Notes: a model not told the origin generated them from the sequence alone. Positions 10,268 through 19,782 are shown, counted from the stretch's first letter. The stretch: 64,000 nt of DNA from Nitrospirota bacterium (GCA_963790205.1 CAWBNQ010000002.1:64001-128000); one strand, 5' to 3'. Made by a program: numbers and translations.

Positions 10268-10900
10268 ATGGACCTTTTCGAGGCCATTCAAACCAGGAAA
10301 AGCATTCGCCGGTATAAACAGACATCGGTGCCGGATGAAGATATAAGAACAATCCTCGATGCGGGCAGATGGGCGCCCTCCGCAAACAACACCCAGCCGT
10401 GGAGCTTCATCGTCATCAAGGACCGCGAACTACTGAAGGGTATGGCCGCTGCTGTGCGGGAAATGATCGACCGGATGGTGCCCTATGCCGAGAGCGAGAA
10501 GCAGGCCCAGCGGCTCGCGGCATACAAGAACAACTACTACACCTTCTTCGAGCATGCTCCGGTCGCGATCGCCGTTTGCATGGAGGCCTATGACGCGGGC
10601 ATGGACCGCTTGCTTGCGAAGATGGGATATTCGGCGGAGGATATCAAAAGGCTCAGGCCCCTGCCCGGACTCCAGAGCGTCGCTGCGGCGATCCAGAACA
10701 TGCTCCTGGCAATACACTCCCTGGGCTACGGCTCCTGCTGGATGACCGGGCCCCTTGTGGCGCAGGAGGCGTTCGGGAAGCTCCTGGGTTTTGGAAAAGA
10801 AAAGTCCATTGCCGCGCTCCTGCCTGTCGGCGTGCCCGATGAAAATCCTCCGTTGAGGCCGAGGAAGCCGGTAGAGGAGACGATGAGAATCGTAGAGTGA
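10268..10900 (+). CDS. Nitroreductase family protein
   Basis: RKSIRRY, APSANNTQPW and NMLLAIHSLGYGSCW motifs; RBS AGGAG. Confidence 0.93.
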   Translation: MDLFEAIQTRKSIRRYKQTSVPDEDIRTILDAGRWAPSANNTQPWSFIVIKDRELLKGMAAAVREMIDRMVPYAESEKQAQRLAAYKNNYYTFFEHAPVAIAVCMEAYDAGMDRLLAKMGYSAEDIKRLRPLPGLQSVAAAIQNMLLAIHSLGYGSCWMTGPLVAQEAFGKLLGFGKEKSIAALLPVGVPDENPPLRPRKPVEETMRIVE

Positions 10901-10988
10901 AAAAACAAGTAAGAAGCAGGAAGGAAGAATAAAAAAGCAGCCCCTCTTAATTCATACTTCTTACCTTAGCTCTTAGAGAGGTCCAGGG

Positions 10989-11135
10989 ATGATCGTGAAA
11001 AAAGAAACTGACAGGAACGAGGGAAAACAAGAACCAGGGCAAGACAATCTCTGGCTGAATATCGGGAAGACGATTTTTCTCATCGTGGTGCTGGTCGCCG
11101 CGTGGTTTATTCTGGAAAAGTTGATAGGAAAATAG
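10989..11135 (+). CDS. Small single-pass membrane protein (48 aa, not in the ORF track)
   Basis: MIVKKETDRNEGKQEPGQDNLWLNIGKTIFLIVVLVAAWFILEKLIGK; GAGG upstream; one clear TM helix. Confidence 0.6.
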   Translation: MIVKKETDRNEGKQEPGQDNLWLNIGKTIFLIVVLVAAWFILEKLIGK

Positions 11136-11243
11136 TCAAAAACAATCAGAAGCAGGAAGGTAGAAGGAAGAAATAAAGGCTTGCCTTCTTAATTCTAGCT
11201 TCTTAACTTGTGTCTAACCTCTTCCTTGAATCTTAATTCTAAC

Positions 11244-12755
11244 TTGGCAGAGCTTCCCGATATACCGCCCGCGTCCCCGCGCGAGGTCAAGATTGTTTTT
11301 GCCGGCCTGATGCTGGCGCTCATGCTGGCGTCGCTCGACCAGAACATCGTCGGCGTCGCGCTGCCCCGGATCGTGGGCGACCTGGGCGGCCTTAACCATT
11401 TGTCATGGGTCGTCACGTCGTTTATGCTCACCTCAACGGCAACCACGCCGCTCTACGGGAAGCTGAGCGACCTGTACGGTCGGAAGCCGCTCTTTATCGC
11501 GGCCATTCTCATATTCCTCGTCGGCTCCAGCCTCTGCGGGCTGTCCGGCTCCATGACCCAGCTCGTTCTTTTTCGCGGCATCCAGGGGCTCGGCGCGGGC
11601 GGTCTCATGACGCTTGCGATGACGACCGTGGCCGACCTCGTCGCGCCGCGTGAGCGCGGCCGCTATCAGGGCTATTTCGGCGCGGTCTTCGCCTTCTCCA
11701 GCATCGCGGGACCGCTTTTGGGCGGGTTCATTACCGACGCCCTGTCCTGGCGCTGGATCTTCTACATCAATCTGCCGGTCGGCGCTCTCGCCCTTGTTTT
11801 TTTCATTTTCGGATTTCACCGCCCCCATCGCGTCGTTGTTCACCGGATCGACTACGCGGGAGCGCTCCTGCTCGCCGCTGTTACGGTCGCGCTGCTTTTG
11901 GTGCTGACGTGGGGCGGGGTGCAGTACGCCTGGTCGTCGCCGCTCATTACGGGCCTGGCCGCATCGGCCATCGTCCTGTGCGCGCTCCTGGTGCATACGG
12001 AGCGTCGTTCCGCGGAGCCCGTGCTCGCCCCGCACATCCTTCACAACCGGGTCTTCCTGATATCCACGGGCGTCATGTTCCTTACGTTCATGGGCCTGTT
12101 CGGAGCGTCAATCTTCCTGCCGCTCTTTTTTCAGCTGGTTCTCGGGTATGCGCCGGCGCAGGCCGGGCTCATGCTCGCGCCCATGACCGGAGGAGTGGTT
12201 GTTGCGTCATTTATCGGAGGACGCCTCGTGACCCGCACCGGACGGTATAAGATCTTCCCGGTTCTGGGCCTGGCCGCGGCAACGCTTGCCTTTCTCGCGG
12301 TCATGTGGGCGACCGCAGCGAGAGTGAGCATCGGGTTTCTCGAGGCCTCGCTCATCATCTTCGGCATGGGCTTCGGCCTCGTCATGCCGAACCTCATGGT
12401 CGCCATTCAGAACGCCGTTCTTCCCGTGGAGCTGGGCTCCGCAACTGCGGCCACTGCCTACTTCCGTTCGCTCGGCGGCACCTTCGGCGTCGCGGTCTCC
12501 GGCGCTATCATGACGGCGCAACTGCAGGCGCTGCATGCGGAGAAGTGGACGGGAATGGCGAGGGGGGCCCGGTCTCTGCTCGAACAGGGGATCCAGCAGA
12601 TCAAGCAACTGCCCGCGGCGCAGAAAGACATCGTCATCGGAGCATACCGGCATGCGATCGGCACCACGTTCCTGCTCGGCTCGATCGTCATCGCGCTCGC
12701 GTTCGTCCTGGTGCTCTTTCTCCCCGAGCATCCGCTCAGGACCTCGAACAAGTAA
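11244..12755 (+). CDS. DHA2 (EmrB/QacA, 14-TM) MFS efflux transporter; start uncertain
   Basis: LASLDQNIV, GKLSDLYGRK, GPLLGG, WRWIFYINLP and DYAGA motifs. Confidence 0.93.
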   Translation: MAELPDIPPASPREVKIVFAGLMLALMLASLDQNIVGVALPRIVGDLGGLNHLSWVVTSFMLTSTATTPLYGKLSDLYGRKPLFIAAILIFLVGSSLCGLSGSMTQLVLFRGIQGLGAGGLMTLAMTTVADLVAPRERGRYQGYFGAVFAFSSIAGPLLGGFITDALSWRWIFYINLPVGALALVFFIFGFHRPHRVVVHRIDYAGALLLAAVTVALLLVLTWGGVQYAWSSPLITGLAASAIVLCALLVHTERRSAEPVLAPHILHNRVFLISTGVMFLTFMGLFGASIFLPLFFQLVLGYAPAQAGLMLAPMTGGVVVASFIGGRLVTRTGRYKIFPVLGLAAATLAFLAVMWATAARVSIGFLEASLIIFGMGFGLVMPNLMVAIQNAVLPVELGSATAATAYFRSLGGTFGVAVSGAIMTAQLQALHAEKWTGMARGARSLLEQGIQQIKQLPAAQKDIVIGAYRHAIGTTFLLGSIVIALAFVLVLFLPEHPLRTSNK

Positions 12756-12888
12756 GAAGAAAGAAGTAAGAAAAAACAAGTAAGGAGTTAAGAATTAAGT
12801 AAGGATGGAATAAAGGCCGGGGGAAAAGGTACTTTCTCAGTCCCCCTTTTTTTTCATACATACTTCTTAATTCTTACTTGTTTTATCT

Positions 12889-13566
12889 TCACTTCATTTT
12901 ATTGATTGCAGCCTCGATCGCCGTCTTGACAGCGGGCTCGATGTTCGTAAACCTGATGCCGTAGAGATACATATCGGTCCGGGCGGCGACCCGGGCGGCC
13001 CGTGTAATTTCACCGTAGCCGCTGGCGTGTGTGCCGTCGGTGAGAAAGAACGAGAAAAAAATCCCGTCGCCTTTCGCAAGAGGTTCCTCAGACCTGATGA
13101 GCATCCCCTTGGCGCTGATATTTTCCGTAGTGAACGGACGCGGCTTATCCTTGAATTTGCCCTGAATGGCCACGGCCAGCGCGGCGCGGTAGGATCTCCG
13201 GGGCGCAACGTTCAGAAACTGCCGCATCTTGTTTTGAAGCAGAATGTCATCGACGGGCATGGTGAAGACCGCGTTGGCGCGGCACCGCTTGTATTGTTCG
13301 CGGTGGGCAAGCGTGTCCTCGCAGATGATGATGGTGGAAACCCGGCGCAGCTCCTCGCTTTCCCGGATCGTCTCAAAGAATTCTTCGCCCTTCATGTCGG
13401 GCATGTTGAGCTCTGTAACGATGAGGTCGACCCCTTCCTTCCGGTGAATCTTCAGCATCCGAGCGTAGGTGTATGCGGTGTATACCGCAATGTCTGCACG
13501 CTCAAGAAAACCGCCTTTCCCGGCGAAAAGGGCCTTCAGGTTATCAGCCAGCAGTACTTTTTTCAT
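12889..13566 (-). CDS. Receiver-like domain plus PilZ domain protein
   Basis: N-terminal KKVLLAD...DLIV.E..MP receiver fold; PilZ motifs RRSYR and NISAKG; C-terminal YGIRF. Confidence 0.85.
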   Translation of the reverse strand: MKKVLLADNLKALFAGKGGFLERADIAVYTAYTYARMLKIHRKEGVDLIVTELNMPDMKGEEFFETIRESEELRRVSTIIICEDTLAHREQYKRCRANAVFTMPVDDILLQNKMRQFLNVAPRRSYRAALAVAIQGKFKDKPRPFTTENISAKGMLIRSEEPLAKGDGIFFSFFLTDGTHASGYGEITRAARVAARTDMYLYGIRFTNIEPAVKTAIEAAINKMK

Positions 13567-13986
13567 AATCTGCCTCGTTTCCGTCGTTGCAACAGCGTTG
13601 GAGGTCCCCACTCCGCATTTTGAACTCTTACTACTTAATTATTTACAGGATGTTTTAATATCAGCCTATATTATTATATCAGGTCAAGCGGAATAAAGAA
13701 AAAAATAGAAGAGCCGCCTGTACCGTGCGGCCTGTATCCTGAATCTGGAATCCTGCGTCCCGCAGTACCATTCCGCACTCGCCACGCCGCACTCTAATCG
13801 TTTCCCCGTCTGGTTTCACCCATTCCGCATTTGGTGAAAATCCCCCGTCTCTTTTTATTGCCATTTACCATCGGCTTGTAGTACTGTCTTCCATGTATAT
13901 ATATTATTATATAGAACCGTATATAATATAATCATCTTTTTTACTTCTTACTTTTTCCTTCTAATTTTGTGATGCGGAGGACCGGC

Positions 13987-14724
13987 ATGTACAAAATATA
14001 CCTCTCCACCATGCTTCTTTTCATGCCGTCCACAATGTCAGCGAACGCGGAGGAGCGGTTCCAATCCGACGTGATCGGGACACCGGCGGGCGACTTGAAG
14101 ATCATGTTCATCGGCCACGCATCGCTCATCTTCTTCTTTAACAACAAAACATTCTATGCCGATCCGTACAGCAAGCTCGCGGATTATTCATTGCTCCCGA
14201 AAGCCGATGCTATCGTCATCACCCATGAGCACCGGGACCACCTTGATCTTGCCGCGATCAAGAAGGTCCGGACGGAAAAGACAGGGGTTGTGCTGACCGA
14301 GGCCGGCGCAAGGCAGCTCTTGGGCGGCATTGTCATGAAGAACGGAGACGTGCAGATCGTCGAAGGCGTCACGATCGAGGCCGTGCCGGCCTACAATATC
14401 GTCCACAAACGCGACACCGGGGAGTCTTTTCATCCCAAGGGCGCGGGGAACGGGTACATCATGACCTTCGGCGACAAGCGGGTGTATGTGGCAGGGGACA
14501 CGGAGAACATCCCCGAGATGGCGGGGCTCAAGAACATAGACATCGCGTTCCTGCCGATGAACCTGCCGTACACCATGACCCCGGAAATGACCGCCGCCGC
14601 CGCGAAGATGGTCCAGCCGAAGATCCTTTACCCTTACCATTACGGGTCCACCGATACGTCCCTGCTCACGGCGCTGCTAAAGGACCAGAAGGGGATCGAG
14701 GTGCGTATTCGGAAGATGGAATAG
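13987..14724 (+). CDS. MBL-fold metallo-hydrolase
   Basis: GHAS, DPY, THEHRDH, AGDTE and YPYHY motifs; RBS GGAGGA. Confidence 0.92.
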   Translation: MYKIYLSTMLLFMPSTMSANAEERFQSDVIGTPAGDLKIMFIGHASLIFFFNNKTFYADPYSKLADYSLLPKADAIVITHEHRDHLDLAAIKKVRTEKTGVVLTEAGARQLLGGIVMKNGDVQIVEGVTIEAVPAYNIVHKRDTGESFHPKGAGNGYIMTFGDKRVYVAGDTENIPEMAGLKNIDIAFLPMNLPYTMTPEMTAAAAKMVQPKILYPYHYGSTDTSLLTALLKDQKGIEVRIRKME

Positions 14725-14904
14725 TGCGGCGAAGTAAGAAGGAAAAAGGCAAACCGGTCACAATTTGTGACCGGTTCAAAGAAGAATTCGACAATTTGGA
14801 GTGCTATTTTGAAACATCAAGTCGGGGCGGGAAGCGGCGAATGTCGAGAGAAAAGCCTGACTCTATGGAGCGCTTGACCTTTCCTTGATAATTGCGGAGA
14901 ATAC

Positions 14905-15149
14905 ATGAACTCTCTCGTACTAATCGAAGTAATTGAGAAAAAGATATTATTGATCGGCGGTCAGAAGGCCATGCTGGACAGCGACCTTGCAGCTCTTTAC
15001 GGCGTGACTACCAAACGGCTGAACGAACAGGTCCGCCATAATTTGAAGCGATTTCCATAGATTTCATGTACCAGCTGTCTCAAGAGGAAATTGAATCTTT
15101 GAAGTCGCATTTTGCGATTTCAAGTTTGTGGGGCGGCAGACGGAGCCTG
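14905..15149 (+). pseudogene. ORF6N-domain DNA-binding protein remnant (frameshifted and truncated)
   Basis: MNSLVLIEVIEKKILLIGGQKAMLDSDLAALYGVTTKRLNEQVRHNLKRFP, one base missing near 15058, then DFMYQLSQEEIESLKSHFAISSLWGGRR; no following PYAFTEQG. Confidence 0.8.
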
Positions 15150-15307
15150 AAGCCGGAGTGAAAGGGGCATTGGAAGGGGCATAACTCAATTTTTGAGTCT
15201 GGTTAGAAATGTGGTACCCGGGCGTTTAAGTCAGGAGATTTGATGAAATCGATCATATCGACAGCGCAAATAACTATCAGGAAGAACGACTTGACCTTAC
15301 AGGTCTG

Positions 15308-16879
15308 CTAAAGGTTCCCGGATTTTACTTCAGTGCTCCGCGTGGTCTTTGTTCTCACCACAACGGTCTCGGCCACCATATCGCCTAACCGCTGCCACTT
15401 GAGCGTCCCCGCCATGCAGACCGCGCCTACCAGATAATAGAAGAACGCATCAACGATCCGAAGCAGATTCCGGAGAAATCCGGCAGCGACGCTGCAGGGC
15501 GTGAAGTCCTGCTTCAGGACCCGTATGCCGCAGATCCTCTTTCCCAGGGTCGCGCCGTACAGGCCTTCGAGCAGGGACTGGTAGAGGAAGCCGCCGACAA
15601 AATAAAAAACGAACGTGGCGAGGACCATGAGCACAACAGGGAGGGGGTTCCGGGGAAAACCTTCCACGACCACGAACAGAGCGACCACGACCGAGGGCGG
15701 GATGATGAGGAACAAATTATCGAGGAGGTACGCGATGAACCTCCTGAACAGGCTGGCAAACTCATACTGCGTCTCGCCCGCTGTCCAGTGACGGTCCTTG
15801 AAATGACGGAAGAGCGCCGAGAGGCCGAAGATGGAAAGGAATAACGCGAGGTTCATGCCGAGCACGATCGCGGACATGCTTCCCAGCATGCGGGCCGGGC
15901 TGAACGCGGAGTCGAGACGGACGGGGTTTGCGAGTGTCCCCTTCTCTATGGTGTAGAGCGTCCGTGAAAGGCCCTGCTGCACGAGGAGCATGGGTTTTCC
16001 CTTCTGCATGAAGACGTCCCAGTCATGAAACCCGTTCAAGACCGGAAGACGCGTTGGTCCGGTCCATTCGTTGTTCTCGAACACATACAGGCTGAGCATG
16101 CGGTTGTTGCCGGAGCCTTCTCGGTGGAAGAAATAGAGCCGGTCTCCGCCGGCAATGACCTGAAAGCCGCCGGAGAGCGGCGACATTGCCGCGGGCAGCC
16201 AGGACGAGCCGTTCCAGATGGTCCAGGATATGGCGTTGTCCCCGGGCCAGAACAGGCAGAGCCGTCCCTGGTACCAGGCGAGCTGCGTGCAATGGCACGA
16301 ACTCTCCTTCCAGTCGCGGAGGAACTGCTCCGGTAGGGGAAGGGACGTGACGGTCGTGTCCGTGATGCGGTTCAGGCGCGCCGTGTCGCCAAAGCCGCTC
16401 ACGACGTATAGGCCGTCGGGCGTTATGAGCCCGGTGGGCTCATGACCGATGCCGTCCGTTTTTACCACGGTCCATCCGGTCCCGTCAAAGGAGCGGTACA
16501 TGCCGTCGCTGAAAAGGACAATGCGGTTGTTCGAGCCGCTGACGGAGTCATGGGGCGGTATCTCCTGGGGTGTCGACAGTTTCGTCCCTTCCAGGACGGC
16601 GAGGAAGTGCTTTTCCCGGGGCTCCTGCTTCTCTTTGAATGAAAGTTTGCTCAGGTCGGCCGTCCGGGTAAGAAGATAGGTCCGGTTGCCGTCGGAGAGG
16701 GCCGCCGTGGTGAAGGATTGCGCCGGCATCATGCCGAAGAACAGGCCGGGCTTCAGGAGCATGACGAGGAAGAACAGAACATAAAAGGCGCCGAACGCTC
16801 CCACGCCAAGCACGCCTACGCCGATGGCAAGCTGCTGATTGGTCTTCTTCCGTTTTTCGAGGTCAACAGCTTCGCTCAT
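15308..16879 (-). CDS. RDD family membrane protein with a large extracytoplasmic domain
   Basis: C-terminal ASLFRRFIAYLLD, GATLGKRICGIRV and QRLGDMVAETVVV; N-terminal TM; RBS GGAGG before MSEAV. Confidence 0.85.
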   Translation of the reverse strand: MSEAVDLEKRKKTNQQLAIGVGVLGVGAFGAFYVLFFLVMLLKPGLFFGMMPAQSFTTAALSDGNRTYLLTRTADLSKLSFKEKQEPREKHFLAVLEGTKLSTPQEIPPHDSVSGSNNRIVLFSDGMYRSFDGTGWTVVKTDGIGHEPTGLITPDGLYVVSGFGDTARLNRITDTTVTSLPLPEQFLRDWKESSCHCTQLAWYQGRLCLFWPGDNAISWTIWNGSSWLPAAMSPLSGGFQVIAGGDRLYFFHREGSGNNRMLSLYVFENNEWTGPTRLPVLNGFHDWDVFMQKGKPMLLVQQGLSRTLYTIEKGTLANPVRLDSAFSPARMLGSMSAIVLGMNLALFLSIFGLSALFRHFKDRHWTAGETQYEFASLFRRFIAYLLDNLFLIIPPSVVVALFVVVEGFPRNPLPVVLMVLATFVFYFVGGFLYQSLLEGLYGATLGKRICGIRVLKQDFTPCSVAAGFLRNLLRIVDAFFYYLVGAVCMAGTLKWQRLGDMVAETVVVRTKTTRSTEVKSGNL

Positions 16880-17243
16880 GACCGTTCCTCCGGGGCAATG
16901 CGTTCCGTGCATTGTTTTGTTAGAGTATATAGACAGGCCGTTCTTTGTCAAGAAATTTGAGGCCGGGAACATCCGGGGGCCTGAAAAAAAGTCTGCCAAA
17001 GGGGAGGCCGTTCTCCTGTTGAAGCTGTTCTTCAAGGGCCGCGGTAATTAAATCTCGGAATGTGGATTCGTAAAAGCGGGAGCAGGGGACCCGGGGGGGC
17101 GGGTCAGTCTCTATCCGTACCAGCTGAGAACCTCTTAGACATAATGGTTGACAGTTGAAAATCAAGTGACCTGCCCCTTGCAACGTGGGTTATACTTGGG
17201 AACCCGGTTCCCAAATACAGAGCCACAACCAAGGAGGCAGGTC

Positions 17244-18353
17244 ATGAAACATTCTATCATTTTTGTCGGACTCGATGTACATAAAGATTCTATTGATATC
17301 GCCCTGGCCGATGACGGCAGAAACGGAGAGATCAGATTCTACGGCACCATCGGTGGCGATCTGACGTCGCTCGACAAGGCGATCCGTAAATTCCGCCGTT
17401 CTGGTACTGAGCTTCGCTTCGTCTATGAAGCAGGCCCCTGTGGCTATGAGATCTATCGACATCTGACCGCTCAAGGGTTCCGCTGCGATGTTATCGCGCC
17501 TTCGATGACACCGAAGAAGAGCGGCGATCGTATCAAAACCGACCGACGGGATGCATTGTCCCTGGCCCGACTCTACCGGGCGGGCGAATTGACGCCAGTT
17601 TACGTTCCCCGCGAGGATGACGAAGCCATGCGTGATCTCGTTCGTGGCCGGGGGGACGCCGTAAACGCAACACGGAAGGCCCGGCAACGCTTGAGCGCTT
17701 TCATTCTCCGCCATGGCTTCCGATATTCGGGCAGAAATGCCTGGAGCGTAGTCCATCTGCGGTGGCTTGCGGATATCAAGATGCCGCATCCGGCCCAGCA
17801 AATCACGCTTCAGGAGTACATCAACAGCATCGAAGAGAGTTCTGAGCGTGTTGACCGCTTGACCGATCAGATATTGAACCTGATTCCGGCATGGCGCATG
17901 GCACCGGTCGTGGCTGCTCTCCAATCTCTTCGGGGCGTGGCACCCATCGTTGCAACAACTATGGTGGTCGAGATCGGAGACCTCCGACGATTCGATAATC
18001 CCCGGCAGCTCATGGCCTATCTGGGATTGGTACCCTCAGAAAACTCCAGCGGCCAGACCACCAAGCGGGGCGGCATCACGAAAACGGGCAATAGCCATGC
18101 TCGGCGAGCCTTGATCGAAGCAGCACAGACATATAGTTTCCCTGCCAAGGTCAGCAGGGTGCTCCTCAAGCGTCAAGAAGGCTTGCCACGCGAGATTAAG
18201 GAGATCTCCTGGAAAGCCCAAGTGCGGCTCTGTGGACGATTCCGCAAACTCATGGCCAAGGGAAAAAGCAGAAACGGGACCATAACCGCGATCGCGCGAG
18301 AACTTTCCGGGTTTATGTGGGCCATTGCCAAGGAAGTACCCATGCCTGCATAA
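17244..18353 (+). CDS. IS110 family transposase/recombinase (DEDD domain plus Tnp domain)
   Basis: FVGLDVHK, YEAG and KTDRRDA (D-E-D-D); LGLVPSENSSG serine motif; GGITKTGN; RBS AAGGAGG. Confidence 0.97.
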   Translation: MKHSIIFVGLDVHKDSIDIALADDGRNGEIRFYGTIGGDLTSLDKAIRKFRRSGTELRFVYEAGPCGYEIYRHLTAQGFRCDVIAPSMTPKKSGDRIKTDRRDALSLARLYRAGELTPVYVPREDDEAMRDLVRGRGDAVNATRKARQRLSAFILRHGFRYSGRNAWSVVHLRWLADIKMPHPAQQITLQEYINSIEESSERVDRLTDQILNLIPAWRMAPVVAALQSLRGVAPIVATTMVVEIGDLRRFDNPRQLMAYLGLVPSENSSGQTTKRGGITKTGNSHARRALIEAAQTYSFPAKVSRVLLKRQEGLPREIKEISWKAQVRLCGRFRKLMAKGKSRNGTITAIARELSGFMWAIAKEVPMPA

Positions 18354-18419
18354 GACCAGAAACACTTTCAAAGAACGTGACAGCTATTAAGGAGAACTGA
18401 CAAGATCAGATACAACTAT

Positions 18420-18610
18420 CTAGAGCATCACCAGAGACGCGACCACGATCAGGAGAACTCTCGTTGACCCTATGGAATAAGGCCTAGCCGAACTTCCGCT
18501 CTTAGAGCGAGACAGCTCCGCGATGCAGACAAGTCATGCGGTCAAATCCGCGAATATCAGAGTGATCAATCGTCGCCGATAGGTCCCGTCTCTGGTTATG
18601 CCCTAGAGCA
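18420..18610 (+). ncRNA. Putative bridge/seek RNA in the IS110 right non-coding end (boundaries approximate)
   Basis: Closing stem (CTAGAGCAT..CCAGAGACG / CGTCTCTGG..ATGCCCTAG); internal loop with TGACCCTA and CTCTTAG matching the empty target; ATATCAGA matching the donor junction. Confidence 0.75.
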
Positions 18611-18929
18611 ATAACTAACATCATCCTTTTACACAAAGGGGCGGGGAAACTGTTTTCTCCTTGACAACTGTCAACCATATCAGGGTCAGGGCGTTCATTT
18701 TGACATTTTCCCTTTCCCCCGGCTCGCGGAGTCCCTGAGAGGGGACAGGCTGCGTTTCTGACAGCACGGCTATTGCGCCGTCTTTTGGATAGCAGGGTTT
18801 TTGCGAACGCGGCATGCATCGCCACGGCTGTGTTTGTGCTATTGTATAAGTATGCACCCAAGCAACACGAATATCTCAGGGTCATGGTGCTGCTGTTGCC
18901 CCCCCGCTTTAAACGGGATGAATTTACCT

Positions 18930-19343
18930 ATGATCGTTGCAAGATACAGGGTCCGTCGTATCAGAATGGCTATCGGCATTCTGCTGGCAATTGCCGCTGC
19001 AGGCTGCGCCGCGGGCATCACCCGTGCGGAGCTCCTGGAGCAGATGCAGGCGGGAAATCCGCCTCTGATCGTTGACGTCCGGTCCCAGGGCGAGTATGAT
19101 CGGGACCATGTGCCGGGGGCGGTGCACATTCCCTTTTATGCGATCGGCTCCGGTTTGAATGCATTGGGATTTTCGAAACGGGCGCCTGTCGTGCTCTATT
19201 GCGAACACGGCCCGCGGGCGAGTATCGCCGGATTCGCGCTGTTCCTGTCGGGGTACGACAAGGTGTATTCCCTTGAGGGCCACATGAAGGGCTGGAGAAA
19301 TAACGGATTCCCCCTTGAAATAATTTCATCACCGCGAAAGTGA
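18930..19343 (+). CDS. Rhodanese-like domain lipoprotein
   Basis: Lipobox AAGC; IVDVRS..EY, HVPGA, YCEHGPRA active loop, LEGHMKGW. Confidence 0.88.
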   Translation: MIVARYRVRRIRMAIGILLAIAAAGCAAGITRAELLEQMQAGNPPLIVDVRSQGEYDRDHVPGAVHIPFYAIGSGLNALGFSKRAPVVLYCEHGPRASIAGFALFLSGYDKVYSLEGHMKGWRNNGFPLEIISSPRK

Positions 19344-19782
19344 ATGCATGTACAGTGCAACGGCGGCGGTCCGGTTCCCCGAAAATTTCGGGGACATTGA
19401 TACCCAGCGGACTGACCGGGGGCGTTGCTGTTGAAATTGTGTGAAGAGAAAAAATCGGGAGGAAAATATGTTTTTTCCTCCTCAGGAAAGCAAGCTCCGC
19501 GGGCTTTTCCGCATACACCCTGTTAGGGCGCTGACCTGGCTGCTGCTCCGTGCTTCCCGCCAACCTTGGCGATCATCACCAAAGCAACGTTACCCTCCAC
19601 AGAACAATTAATACCCCATGGCACTCACCATACAGACTCGATAAATTGAGCAGTTGTGTTGTATGGTAACTTGCAGGATCTTTTTGTGCGGTTCTTAACC
19701 GGGGTTGCCGCTGCAGGAGATGCTACTATCCAAAAAAAGCCCGGGAGACAAATCCTGGGCCTCTTTTCAAGACCGATCCGGG

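Larger units (their letters stand above)
17137..18683 (+). mobile_element. Complete IS110-family (IS1111-type) insertion sequence
   Basis: 14-bp perfect sub-terminal inverted repeats ATGGTTGACAGTTG (17144-17157) and CAACTGTCAACCAT (18665-18678); shared AG core at 17137-17138 and 18682-18683; long non-coding end downstream of the transposase. Confidence 0.9.
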
